Sequence record: OR842557
Source: Escherichia phage 04086
Strand: one strand, 5' to 3'
Length of the DNA stretch: 64,000 bases
The notes below the pieces were generated by a model. It made no database searches. It was not told the DNA's origin and saw only the letters and a program-made list of their open reading frames with translations. The position numbers and the translations under genes are program-made. Of this stretch, positions 53,256 through 61,427 are shown piece by piece; position 1 is the first letter of the stretch, and the number at the start of each line of letters is the position of its first letter.

Positions 53256-53480
53256 ATGTCTGATATTAATGAATTAGAAAAAGCTGCTCTTGAACTGGCT
53301 GCACTGTATAAGAAAGTAAAAGATATGGCTTCTGCCCAGGATTTCGGTGTTGAGCTCGATGATTATGACGGTGAAGTTCGTCTCGAAGATTGGCTGAATA
53401 GCTCTTGTTATGGTGAAGAAGCTGGTCGCACCTTCGTTGCTCAGGCCGATGGTAAAATCTGGTATCCGAGCTCATGCTAA
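53256..53480 (+). CDS. Small protein, member 5 of tandem paralog family (C-terminal IWYPSSC)
   Basis: ORF track 53106..53480 trimmed to ATG 53256 after tgctaaggaaataaaaATG; 74 aa; degenerate version of the motif. Confidence 0.5.
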   Translation: MSDINELEKAALELAALYKKVKDMASAQDFGVELDDYDGEVRLEDWLNSSCYGEEAGRTFVAQADGKIWYPSSC

Positions 53481-53701
53481 AATTAAAGAAAAGATACATT
53501 CGTAAAATAAATGGTCTTCGCGATTATGCCAAAGGTTGGCCACTAAGTATTATTATGGCTGATAGACACCCACGTTATAATACCGAGATGACTTATTACA
53601 AAAAGTATGATTCGTATTGTCGGTCTAAAGCAGGCCGTTTAGATGGTTCTTACGAAGACTATTTTGGTAAAAAACCTACTCGTGTTTCGTTAGGAAAATA
53701 A
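53474..53701 (+). CDS. Hypothetical basic protein
   Basis: 75 aa ORF overlapping the end of the paralog array. Confidence 0.4.
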   Translation: MLKLKKRYIRKINGLRDYAKGWPLSIIMADRHPRYNTEMTYYKKYDSYCRSKAGRLDGSYEDYFGKKPTRVSLGK

Positions 53702-53731
53702 TTTAACCACATGGATGTGGTAGGAGGACTT

Positions 53732-54061
53732 ATGCATAAAGATTCAGTATTCAAATATCTTTTGAAAACAGATAAAGAATTCTATATGAATGGGCAAGCC
53801 TTCTTGTTCGTTCGTGGTAAACGTGAGATGTTTTACAAATGCGACCTCTCAATGCACCATCATATGTATCACACCCACGGCGAGCCTATACTGGGGTTCT
53901 CTGGTGACGAAACTAGACATATAGCTATGTACTACGACCATTTTAAGCTCAATGATTGTGGTGACAACGCTTTGGTCTGGAATCCATCTTGGCGTCGTTG
54001 GGATACGGTAGACAACGATAAATTATTTTTAGAATATTGCAGAAGTGATGTACAACTCTAA
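53732..54061 (+). CDS. Hypothetical protein
   Basis: ORF track 53711; ATG at 53732 after RBS aggagg; His/Cys-containing. Confidence 0.45.
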   Translation: MHKDSVFKYLLKTDKEFYMNGQAFLFVRGKREMFYKCDLSMHHHMYHTHGEPILGFSGDETRHIAMYYDHFKLNDCGDNALVWNPSWRRWDTVDNDKLFLEYCRSDVQL

Positions 54062-54104
54062 AAATACGTGTTACTATTACCCTACACAAACATGAGGAGA
54101 ACAT

Positions 54105-54344
54105 ATGTGGTATTACGCTCCGATGTCCGATAAGTCTAATGAACCGGTACGCATTACTCGTGCCAAGTTTAAAAAGATTTACGGCTTTGCTTATAAGAAG
54201 TCTGATTACGGTGTTCGTTTTGAAGATGCCCACTGTATCAATGACCCTTATGCAGAAGAAATCTCTAATGAGATAATTCCTATCGTTGAGAGTAATTCCA
54301 ATGATATGTGGGAATTGCATAACACTTACGTTGCCGAAATTTAA
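54105..54344 (+). CDS. Hypothetical protein
   Basis: 79 aa ORF after RBS gaggag. Confidence 0.45.
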   Translation: MWYYAPMSDKSNEPVRITRAKFKKIYGFAYKKSDYGVRFEDAHCINDPYAEEISNEIIPIVESNSNDMWELHNTYVAEI

Positions 54345-54363
54345 GTTTACTGAGGAAAATATT

Positions 54364-55323
54364 ATGATGTTAGTTATTGGTTCTCGTGCACTGCACCAAG
54401 CTGGTTTGATTGAAAGTAAGTATATCGAAAATTCTGATTGGGATTTCATTGCCGACCAAGGCTCATGGAACCACTTTAAAGCACGTATGTTCGGTGCTCA
54501 TGTACACGTTGACAATCCTGATGTTCAGGCTTTCAAATGTATGCATAATGGTAAAGAAACCTATTTCGAAGCTTATATCGTCCGGGCCCTGACTAATGTA
54601 CGAGAAATTACCGGTGAGCTCCAAGATGAAGACTACACCTCAAGCTATCGTCTCCTGAAATATGCTGAAACCCATATTAAAAAGGACCGTCTTACAGGTT
54701 TCTATTGGGCAACGCCTGATATCTGTCTGGCTATCAAAACCTCTCATCGTTTCCTGAAGAATAATCCATTCTTCCTGAAAACTATGTCCCACATCAAATA
54801 CCTTCGTAATAAAGGTATCACCCTGAATGAAGAACTCCAGGAAATTATGCTGCAACGTCAAAAAGAAACGTTGAGCTATTCCCATCCTAAATTGGATGTA
54901 AACAAATCATCGTTCTTTAATGATACCATTTATACCCTAGACCATGACTCTATTCATGAAGCAGTGGCATTGGCAGGGCGCCCTGCATATACCTTTTATA
55001 TGAAGGAAGGTTCTGAAGTCATGACCTCTCGTGAGAAGTTCGAGGCTTTGCCTGAAGCTATTAAACTGGCCGGTGTGTATGAAGAAACTTGTGTCCTGGC
55101 CCTAGAACGTTCACAGGTTCCTAATGACTTCAATATTTCACCATCATTAAGTTTCTATATGGCTCTTGAGAAAGTGTGTACCTCAATCACTTCAGGTTGG
55201 TTCCGCGAGTACGCCTGGGAAAACTACCAAGCTGTGGTTAATATGTATAAGGCTCTAGGTGAAAACGACTACATCAAGCGTTTCCAAGATAACCATCATT
55301 TAATTCGTCCTTTCGAAAAATAA
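54364..55323 (+). CDS. Hypothetical protein, possible nucleotidyltransferase-fold N-terminus
   Basis: ORF track 54286 (TTG); ATG at 54364 after RBS gaggaaaatattATG; N-terminal LVIGSRAL...SDWDF loosely fits the GS...DxD motif; 319 aa. Confidence 0.5.
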   Translation: MMLVIGSRALHQAGLIESKYIENSDWDFIADQGSWNHFKARMFGAHVHVDNPDVQAFKCMHNGKETYFEAYIVRALTNVREITGELQDEDYTSSYRLLKYAETHIKKDRLTGFYWATPDICLAIKTSHRFLKNNPFFLKTMSHIKYLRNKGITLNEELQEIMLQRQKETLSYSHPKLDVNKSSFFNDTIYTLDHDSIHEAVALAGRPAYTFYMKEGSEVMTSREKFEALPEAIKLAGVYEETCVLALERSQVPNDFNISPSLSFYMALEKVCTSITSGWFREYAWENYQAVVNMYKALGENDYIKRFQDNHHLIRPFEK

Positions 55324-55335
55324 TTGCACAAAACA

Positions 55336-55364
55336 GTGTACAAGGTCTATAGGTGTGATACTAT
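55336..55364 (+). promoter_or_regulatory. Early promoter cassette (GTGTAC-N17-TACTATAGACCTATCAAAAC)
   Basis: Near copy of the cassette at 46235 (caaggtctatagg..gatactatagacctatcaaaac). Confidence 0.5.
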
Positions 55365-55401
55365 AGACCTATCAAAACAACAGAGTGAAATGGAGAATAA
55401 A

Positions 55402-55614
55402 ATGAAACTTTCTAACCAAGCAATCAACATGTTAAACGAAGTTCGTGCAGCTGGTGCTAAATGCCTGATGGTTAACACTCGTGACGGTGACCTTCGTCAA
55501 GCATTTGGTGAATTGAAATCTGCTGACCTGGTTAAATGTTCAGTTGGTATTGGTAACGCACTTCGTGTATCCTTATCTCCTAAAGGTAAAATGTACTTTT
55601 TCAACAAAAAGTAA
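55402..55614 (+). CDS. Hypothetical small protein
   Basis: ORF track 55324 overlaps the promoter; ATG at 55402 after RBS ggagaataaaATG; 70 aa. Confidence 0.45.
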   Translation: MKLSNQAINMLNEVRAAGAKCLMVNTRDGDLRQAFGELKSADLVKCSVGIGNALRVSLSPKGKMYFFNKK

Positions 55615-55628
55615 GTGAGGAAAATATT

Positions 55629-56318
55629 ATGAACGGTCCGAAAACTTTTAATTCTCAAGCTCGTGCAGTCGGTGGTTTTGCTCAAGATATCAGTAATGAT
55701 ATGATTAAAAATGAGCCTATGTTCTTTAATTGCGATGCTTATTTTGCTCATAAACACGGTGGTCCTATTACTCGTAGCTTTATTGAAAACCTGCCTGAAG
55801 ATTGGCAATGTGGCCCTGATATTGTATTTGATTCCCGTGTACACATGTTAATGCCTGGCTGGTACCCTGCTATCCCAGGTTATCACCATGATGACGTACC
55901 GCGCCCGGATATTCCAGTTGGCCAACACTTTATTACTGCAGGGCAACCTGATTATGATAATCCTCGATACCATTCTGAACATATTCTTGGTCTTGTTAAC
56001 GCTGGTGTGTGTCCTACCCATTTTGCAACCGGAACTGCACAGTTCAGTCAGATTCCTGAAGGCGAACTTATCTATCGCCAGTGGCATAAAGAAGTTCTGG
56101 AAAAAATTGAGTCCAATGAATTAACCAAGTGGGATGCTCCTGACCGCACGTTGCTCCAGTTTGATTGGCAGACATGGCATACAGGTTCTCGTGCAGTAAG
56201 TAATGGGTGGCGCTGGTTTGGTCGTGTGTCTCGTAATACAGACCGTGTTAAAAAGATTACAAATGAAATCCGCGTTAATGCTCAAGTATATCTGGAATTC
56301 CCTATGGAGGGCTGGTAA
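55629..56318 (+). CDS. Hypothetical His/Asp-rich protein
   Basis: 229 aa; RBS gaggaaaatattATG; clustered His and Asp (YHHDD, YHSEH) suggest a metal site; no confident family. Confidence 0.5.
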   Translation: MNGPKTFNSQARAVGGFAQDISNDMIKNEPMFFNCDAYFAHKHGGPITRSFIENLPEDWQCGPDIVFDSRVHMLMPGWYPAIPGYHHDDVPRPDIPVGQHFITAGQPDYDNPRYHSEHILGLVNAGVCPTHFATGTAQFSQIPEGELIYRQWHKEVLEKIESNELTKWDAPDRTLLQFDWQTWHTGSRAVSNGWRWFGRVSRNTDRVKKITNEIRVNAQVYLEFPMEGW

Positions 56319-56905
56319 TGGCCCTTTATGAACCTGGTTGTATGGGTATTGATACAAACTTCATCCGTCGGTCGGAAAATGCTGGAATTATTATCCCAAG
56401 TGGTGAGACTATGATTATTAAAAAGTCCTGGCGAAATATTGATGATGGTGATGAAGGAATTTCAGCCAGTACAATAGATTGGTCAGGTTGTACTGCCGAA
56501 ATGAAACAGCTTTTAATTGAGGAATATAAAATGGGCTATATCGTAAATGGCTGGCAAGCGGAACCACATAAAGAACAGACTCCAGACCCATTGATTTGTT
56601 ATAGCAAAAAATACGGCTTCCGTGCATGGAGTGATGAATACGACAAATTGGTGAGTTCTAGATTCTATGTTTGGATGGGTATATTATTTTTCCCACTCCT
56701 AGGGTTTTTCCTGACAACAGATAATGACCTGCCTATTTGTGTATTCGCTTCAGCGATGTCTGCTGCTATCTTAGGTCTTATCGCATCATTTTTATGGACA
56801 TCGGTTATCGAAGTACCTTTTCGTATTTCTAAAGTTAAAAAGGTATATGATGATATCACTAAGAAAAATACATTAAACTCTTTTATTAAGGAATGCCGTA
56901 AATGA
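56318..56905 (+). CDS. Membrane protein with C-terminal FIKECRK tail
   Basis: 195 aa; two transmembrane helices near the C-terminus; tail NTLNSFIKECRK parallels 51885..52238. Confidence 0.5.
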   Translation: MALYEPGCMGIDTNFIRRSENAGIIIPSGETMIIKKSWRNIDDGDEGISASTIDWSGCTAEMKQLLIEEYKMGYIVNGWQAEPHKEQTPDPLICYSKKYGFRAWSDEYDKLVSSRFYVWMGILFFPLLGFFLTTDNDLPICVFASAMSAAILGLIASFLWTSVIEVPFRISKVKKVYDDITKKNTLNSFIKECRK

Positions 56906-57138
56906 GCATTGCAATTTATATTAAATCTGAGTCATGTGATTCTTATCTGTATTCCTATGATACCGGAACATCAGAAGAGAAAATCAAAGAAGATTTAGAA
57001 AGCGATATGGATATGTTCTGTCCTATTGGTGACTATATGCTTCAAGTGTCTGATAATGAAAGTCCATCATCAGAAAATAGACTTCAAATTATTATGCAAG
57101 ATATTTTTAAACAATCATGGGAACGAGACGATGGGTAA
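56902..57138 (+). CDS. Hypothetical acidic protein
   Basis: 78 aa ORF with coupled start. Confidence 0.4.
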   Translation: MSIAIYIKSESCDSYLYSYDTGTSEEKIKEDLESDMDMFCPIGDYMLQVSDNESPSSENRLQIIMQDIFKQSWERDDG

Positions 57139-57580
57139 GAAAGCTAAGGAATCATCGGCAGGTATTTTGTTCATGACCGTTGATAAAGAACTGGTCATGG
57201 GTCGTGTAACAGGCTCTCGTAATCCAGAGAACATGCGTCATAAATGGGACATTCCTAAAGGTCATGTCGAACCAGGCGAAGAGCCTATTCAAGCGGCAAT
57301 GCGCGAAACCGAAGAAGAGATTGGATTCACAGCATACGATCCTGCGTTCCTGAAAGACCTAGGTGAGTTCAAATATTCAAGCAATAAGAATCTACATCTG
57401 TTCTTATATACAGTGCCTGTGGAACACGAGCAGTTCAAGGATTGCAAATGTACGGCTTACCATACGTTCCCTGATGGTCGCACGGTTCCTGAATTCGATG
57501 CGTTCGCTTTGATTAAACGTCCGCAATGGGAATATGTCATGGGCCCGTCGATGTATAAAGTTTTGAGTTCGCTCTTTTGA
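57131..57580 (+). CDS. nudE: Nudix hydrolase (NudE-like)
   Basis: Nudix box GHVEPGEEPIQAAMRETEEEIGF; ORF track 57026, ATG at 57131; lies upstream of e as T4 e.1. Confidence 0.8.
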   Translation: MGKKAKESSAGILFMTVDKELVMGRVTGSRNPENMRHKWDIPKGHVEPGEEPIQAAMRETEEEIGFTAYDPAFLKDLGEFKYSSNKNLHLFLYTVPVEHEQFKDCKCTAYHTFPDGRTVPEFDAFALIKRPQWEYVMGPSMYKVLSSLF

Positions 57581-57593
57581 TATAAATACCCGT

Positions 57594-58346
57594 ATGAATT
57601 ATTTAAAAATATATGAATCTTTAATAGAATCCACTATTAAAAGACCTCACATATGTGGGTACACCGAAAAACATCATATTTTACCGAAATCGATGGGTGG
57701 TAGTGATTCTATTGATAACTTAGTCGACCTCACCGCCCGAGAACATTTTATTGCACACCTATTATTGGCACGGATTTTTAAAAATCGCGAAATGTGGTCC
57801 GCTGTATATATGATGGCTTCAACAAGCTTGTCAAACTCTGACAGACATAGATGTTCATCGCATTTGTACGAATTATTGCGAGAACGTGCATCAATATATA
57901 ATTCAGGTGAAAATTCTCCAAATTGGGGAATTAAACGTTCCGAAGAAACACGATTAAAAATGTCAATTTCGAAAATGGGTTCCAAAAATCCAATGTATGG
58001 GATTCCTCAATGCTCGGAACACACCAACAAAATTAGTCTTGGTGTTATTGAAGCTTTTAAAAATCCGGAAATAAAAGAGCGACATAGGCAAAGTGTTTCC
58101 GGGGAACTCAATGGGTTTTATGGAAAGAACCATTCCGAAAAAAGTTTGGAAAAACAACGGAATGCAAAACGGAAAGGATTTCCTTGGGACAATTATTCAG
58201 AATTGTACCCAATTTGGGTTTCATTAAATTGTCCCAAACATCCAACATTCACAAATGAACTTGTTAAATTGGGATATCCTAAAAAGAAACTTGTTCGAAT
58301 AGTGGAAGAATTTAAAAATGAATATCTTCGAAATGTTACGCCTTGA
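57594..58346 (+). CDS. HNH homing endonuclease between nudE and e
   Basis: Motif [31 protein letters not shown]; N-terminus [11 protein letters not shown] paralogous to 43362..44012. Confidence 0.8.
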   Translation: MNYLKIYESLIESTIKRPHICGYTEKHHILPKSMGGSDSIDNLVDLTAREHFIAHLLLARIFKNREMWSAVYMMASTSLSNSDRHRCSSHLYELLRERASIYNSGENSPNWGIKRSEETRLKMSISKMGSKNPMYGIPQCSEHTNKISLGVIEAFKNPEIKERHRQSVSGELNGFYGKNHSEKSLEKQRNAKRKGFPWDNYSELYPIWVSLNCPKHPTFTNELVKLGYPKKKLVRIVEEFKNEYLRNVTP

Positions 58347-58806
58347 TGAAGGCTGTAAATTGGACTTATATAAGGATACTGAGGGCTACTATACTATTGG
58401 CATTGGCCAATTGATTACTAAGAACCCTTCTAAAGATGTTGCTCGTGCTGAACTTGATAAGCTTATGGGTCGAGTTTGTAATGGTCGTATTACTATGGCT
58501 GAAGCTGAACAACTCTTTAACCGATCGGTTGAAAATGCTCGTAGAGCTATTCTGCGTAATCCTAAATTGAAACCTGTTTATGATGTACTGGACGAAGTTC
58601 GTCGTTGTGCTTTAATTAACATGGTCTTCCAAATGGGTGAAGCAGGCGTAGCAGGGTTCACTAACTCTTTACGTATGCTCCAACAGAAACGTTGGAACGA
58701 TGCGGCAGTTAACCTGGCTCAATCCCGTTGGTATAAACAAACTCCTAATCGTGCTAAGCGTGTTATCGCCACCTTTAAAACCGGCACATGGGCTGCTTAT
58801 AGATAA
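58318..58806 (+). CDS. e: Endolysin (T4 lysozyme, gene e)
   Basis: 162 aa; [11 protein letters not shown], catalytic Glu11/Asp20 context [13 protein letters not shown], and [29 protein letters not shown] match T4 lysozyme. Confidence 0.97.
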   Translation: MNIFEMLRLDEGCKLDLYKDTEGYYTIGIGQLITKNPSKDVARAELDKLMGRVCNGRITMAEAEQLFNRSVENARRAILRNPKLKPVYDVLDEVRRCALINMVFQMGEAGVAGFTNSLRMLQQKRWNDAAVNLAQSRWYKQTPNRAKRVIATFKTGTWAAYR

Positions 58807-58811
58807 AAGCA

Positions 58812-58860
58812 GTTTACATCTCCTGTAGTCATGATACTATAGACCTATCAACTACAGGAG
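58812..58860 (+). promoter_or_regulatory. Early promoter stem-loop cassette (GTTTAC-N17-TACTAT inside CTCCTGTAG / CTACAGGAG hairpin)
   Basis: Near-identical copy at 61428-61478; directly upstream of denV. Confidence 0.6.
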
Positions 58861-58868
58861 ATTAAAAA

Positions 58869-59276
58869 ATGACTCGTATCAACCTTACCTTAGTATCTGA
58901 ATTGGCTGACCAACACTTAATGGCTGAATACCGTGAACTCCCACGGATTTTTGGTGCGGTTCGCGAACGTATTGCCAAAGGGCAAGGCTTCTCTGATATC
59001 CCTAAAGACTTCCGCCTTGGTGCAGGGCACGTCAAGTTCTTTTATGTCAAAATTGGATTTTTGTTCTTGCGACAAAATGCAATAATTGAGGAACTTCTGA
59101 AGCGTGGTTACCAGATTCAAAATACCCATGTAGACGTAGCGGATATTCCATTACGGCTCATGAACGATTTCACCCCATCCGAAGCTGATATAGCTTTAAG
59201 CCAAGCTCGATTGGACGAAAAAATTGCACAACGCCCTACCTGGTACAAACATTACGGCAAGGCTATTTACGCTTAA
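58869..59276 (+). CDS. denV: Endonuclease V (pyrimidine dimer DNA glycosylase)
   Basis: 135 aa; [26 protein letters not shown] and C-terminal QRPTWYK.YGKAIYA match T4 DenV. Confidence 0.93.
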   Translation: MTRINLTLVSELADQHLMAEYRELPRIFGAVRERIAKGQGFSDIPKDFRLGAGHVKFFYVKIGFLFLRQNAIIEELLKRGYQIQNTHVDVADIPLRLMNDFTPSEADIALSQARLDEKIAQRPTWYKHYGKAIYA

Positions 59277-59318
59277 TTAAACCCGTGATAGAATACTTCT
59301 ATCAACTTAAGGAATAAT

Positions 59319-59678
59319 ATGAAAACTTACCAACAATTTATTACTGAATCTACTCAGCGCATTAACGAAGCTATGTCTCCTGAACAGTTGGCTAAAGCTA
59401 AAGAAGGGCTGAACCCGTCCGAAGTCTTTAAAGTTACAGGTAAAGATTTCTCTTCCATGGCCACTAACCAAAGTCTGGCTAAAGAACTTAAATCTAAATC
59501 TAACTTCATTCATGCTACATGGAATGGTGATTCTCTTACTTCAATAAGTGTGTACAATAAAAAAGGTCTCCTTAAGAGTTCTTATGGCGCGGATGCCATC
59601 CGTGTTTCTAAATCAGATTGGCATAAAAACACTACTAAAGCAGAAAAACCTCATAACCCGGCACTTGACCATCTTTAA
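59319..59678 (+). CDS. Internal-protein-like protein with capsid targeting sequence
   Basis: N-terminus MKTYQQFITE; 119 aa; RBS taaggaataatATG. Confidence 0.6.
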   Translation: MKTYQQFITESTQRINEAMSPEQLAKAKEGLNPSEVFKVTGKDFSSMATNQSLAKELKSKSNFIHATWNGDSLTSISVYNKKGLLKSSYGADAIRVSKSDWHKNTTKAEKPHNPALDHL

Positions 59679-59686
59679 GGAATAAT

Positions 59687-59944
59687 ATGAAAACTTACCA
59701 GCAATTTATCGCAGAATCCACTTTAGTTTCTAAACGTTGGAATATGATTGTAAACGTTAAACCTTCCGGCACTGAAGTTTCTATGGCCGACCCTAATGAT
59801 GACGAACTTGAGCACGCTTTTAGCTCTAAAGAAACTGACGAGAAAGTGGTTAAGCAACTGGTTGCTGATGCAGACCAACTTCGTAAAGTAGCAGATGTTG
59901 TTAAGCTGTTTACTAAGAAAGGTTTTAAACACGAAGAGCGTTAA
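59687..59944 (+). CDS. Internal-protein-like protein with capsid targeting sequence
   Basis: N-terminus MKTYQQFIAE; 85 aa; same RBS context as 59319. Confidence 0.6.
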   Translation: MKTYQQFIAESTLVSKRWNMIVNVKPSGTEVSMADPNDDELEHAFSSKETDEKVVKQLVADADQLRKVADVVKLFTKKGFKHEER

Positions 59945-60101
59945 TTAGCATTTTAAATGGGAGCAAGCTGGACCTCGCAATTCTGTGAGGGACTCCCGCC
60001 AACCTGTAATAAGGTCGAGCCCAAGTGCGGTAATGGGTAAATGCAGAAAGGGACGAATTAATGTGCCAAGGAATGGCCCCTCCACTTAAAAAGAGACAAT
60101 T
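59945..60101 (+). other. GC-rich structured non-coding segment (candidate small RNA or leader)
   Basis: 157 nt without ORF; nested inverted repeats (gggag..ctccc, cctcg..tgagg); GC content well above flanks. Confidence 0.2.
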
Positions 60102-60644
60102 ATGAAATTTTTAACCGGTAGTTATCTATCCCTGATGAATGCTTTTGCAAACCATTCTGATGCTAGAGTAGAACACATTTGTAATAGTGGGTTTTATGTA
60201 CCTGATTCACAAACCCTGTTTAAAGAATGCTGCACCTTAAAACTTGATGGTGGGCGCCAATCCGGTAAAACTAAAGCAGTATCCATTTTTGCCACAGAAT
60301 GGTTAGCTAATGGCGGCTCTATTGTTATTTTATCTAATAACACGGCATATGCCAATGTTTCGGCTAGTGCAATCCGAAAGGAATATTTTAATAACCATAC
60401 AGAAAGTATTAAGTACCGTTTGTACACTGATTCTGTTCGTAGTTTTATTGGTAATACTGCATGCAAATTCCGTGGATTATCGCTTTCACGTGTTCTGTAT
60501 ATAATTGATGAGCCTGTTAAAACACCTAATATGGATAAGATTTATGATGCCCATATAAAGGTGGTGCAACATTGCTGTCATGCATCATGTGTCGAAACCA
60601 ATCAAACTGCTCGTCCTCTGTTCTTTGTGATAGGAATGCAATGA
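60102..60644 (+). CDS. Small P-loop NTPase-like protein
   Basis: 180 aa; Walker A-like GGRQSGKT and Walker B-like VLYIIDEP. Confidence 0.45.
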   Translation: MKFLTGSYLSLMNAFANHSDARVEHICNSGFYVPDSQTLFKECCTLKLDGGRQSGKTKAVSIFATEWLANGGSIVILSNNTAYANVSASAIRKEYFNNHTESIKYRLYTDSVRSFIGNTACKFRGLSLSRVLYIIDEPVKTPNMDKIYDAHIKVVQHCCHASCVETNQTARPLFFVIGMQ

Positions 60645-60937
60645 TGACCGATGAAGAACTTTTTGAGTTCTGTTATTTCTCACGTAAGGTCCGAAGAGAG
60701 GACCTTACTGCAAATTTCGAATATGCTTATTTCTACCCGCTAGAATACGTGTTCATGACAGGGCCCTTTAAGGGCTCTCGTTTTAGATGTCATGCTCCTA
60801 GTATCCGATTAATGAAACAGGTTCCTTACTTCACTCTCGAGTTCATCTCAGGGCCTTGTAAGGGTATTATTACTCGTAGTCTCTTGACTTATGACCAAGA
60901 GATTCATATGATTTCTGACTGGAAAAAATATGTCTAA
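60641..60937 (+). CDS. Hypothetical protein
   Basis: ORF track 60572; ATG at 60641 overlaps the upstream stop (ATGA); 98 aa. Confidence 0.4.
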   Translation: MMTDEELFEFCYFSRKVRREDLTANFEYAYFYPLEYVFMTGPFKGSRFRCHAPSIRLMKQVPYFTLEFISGPCKGIITRSLLTYDQEIHMISDWKKYV

Positions 60938-61148
60938 ATTGACAATTGAAGGTTCTGAAGAAGCTCTGAAAAGATTTGTTGAATGGCTTAATGGACCAGG
61001 TGAACAAGACTTTCTGGAAGTCTGGGATGGCGGTCGGTGGAATGGTAAAGAAATGATTTACCCGACTACCTATATCTCCGTGCAAGGTTGGACTGAAGGC
61101 CTTCGTTTGGTAGAATATGATATCGCAACTGGCGAGGAAGTGAAATGA
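60930..61148 (+). CDS. Hypothetical protein
   Basis: 72 aa coupled ORF. Confidence 0.4.
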   Translation: MSKLTIEGSEEALKRFVEWLNGPGEQDFLEVWDGGRWNGKEMIYPTTYISVQGWTEGLRLVEYDIATGEEVK

Positions 61149-61423
61149 TTGAAGATATCAAGGGTTACAAACCACATACCGACGATAAAATCGGTAAAGT
61201 GAATGCTATTAAAGATGCCGAAATTCGGTTAGGGCTGATGTTTAAAGCTCTAGAAGAAGAACATGTTACCTATTATATGAACTTAGATACCGAAGAGGTT
61301 TCTGAACAAGAACTAGACCAGGCTCATGAACGCATTACCCAGATTCGTAATGCAATTGACCGTCTTAAAGAAGCTAGTATGTGGGCTTGTCGTTCTGTGT
61401 TCCAACCAGAAGAAAAGTACTAA
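61145..61423 (+). CDS. Hypothetical protein
   Basis: 92 aa coupled ORF. Confidence 0.45.
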   Translation: MIEDIKGYKPHTDDKIGKVNAIKDAEIRLGLMFKALEEEHVTYYMNLDTEEVSEQELDQAHERITQIRNAIDRLKEASMWACRSVFQPEEKY

Positions 61424-61427
61424 AGCA

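Noticed and set aside
53106-53265. N-terminal extension of the fifth paralog (ORF track start 53106)
   Set aside because: The extension overlaps the preceding paralog in another frame and lacks an RBS. The ATG at 53256 has the same tgctaaggaa junction as the other array members.
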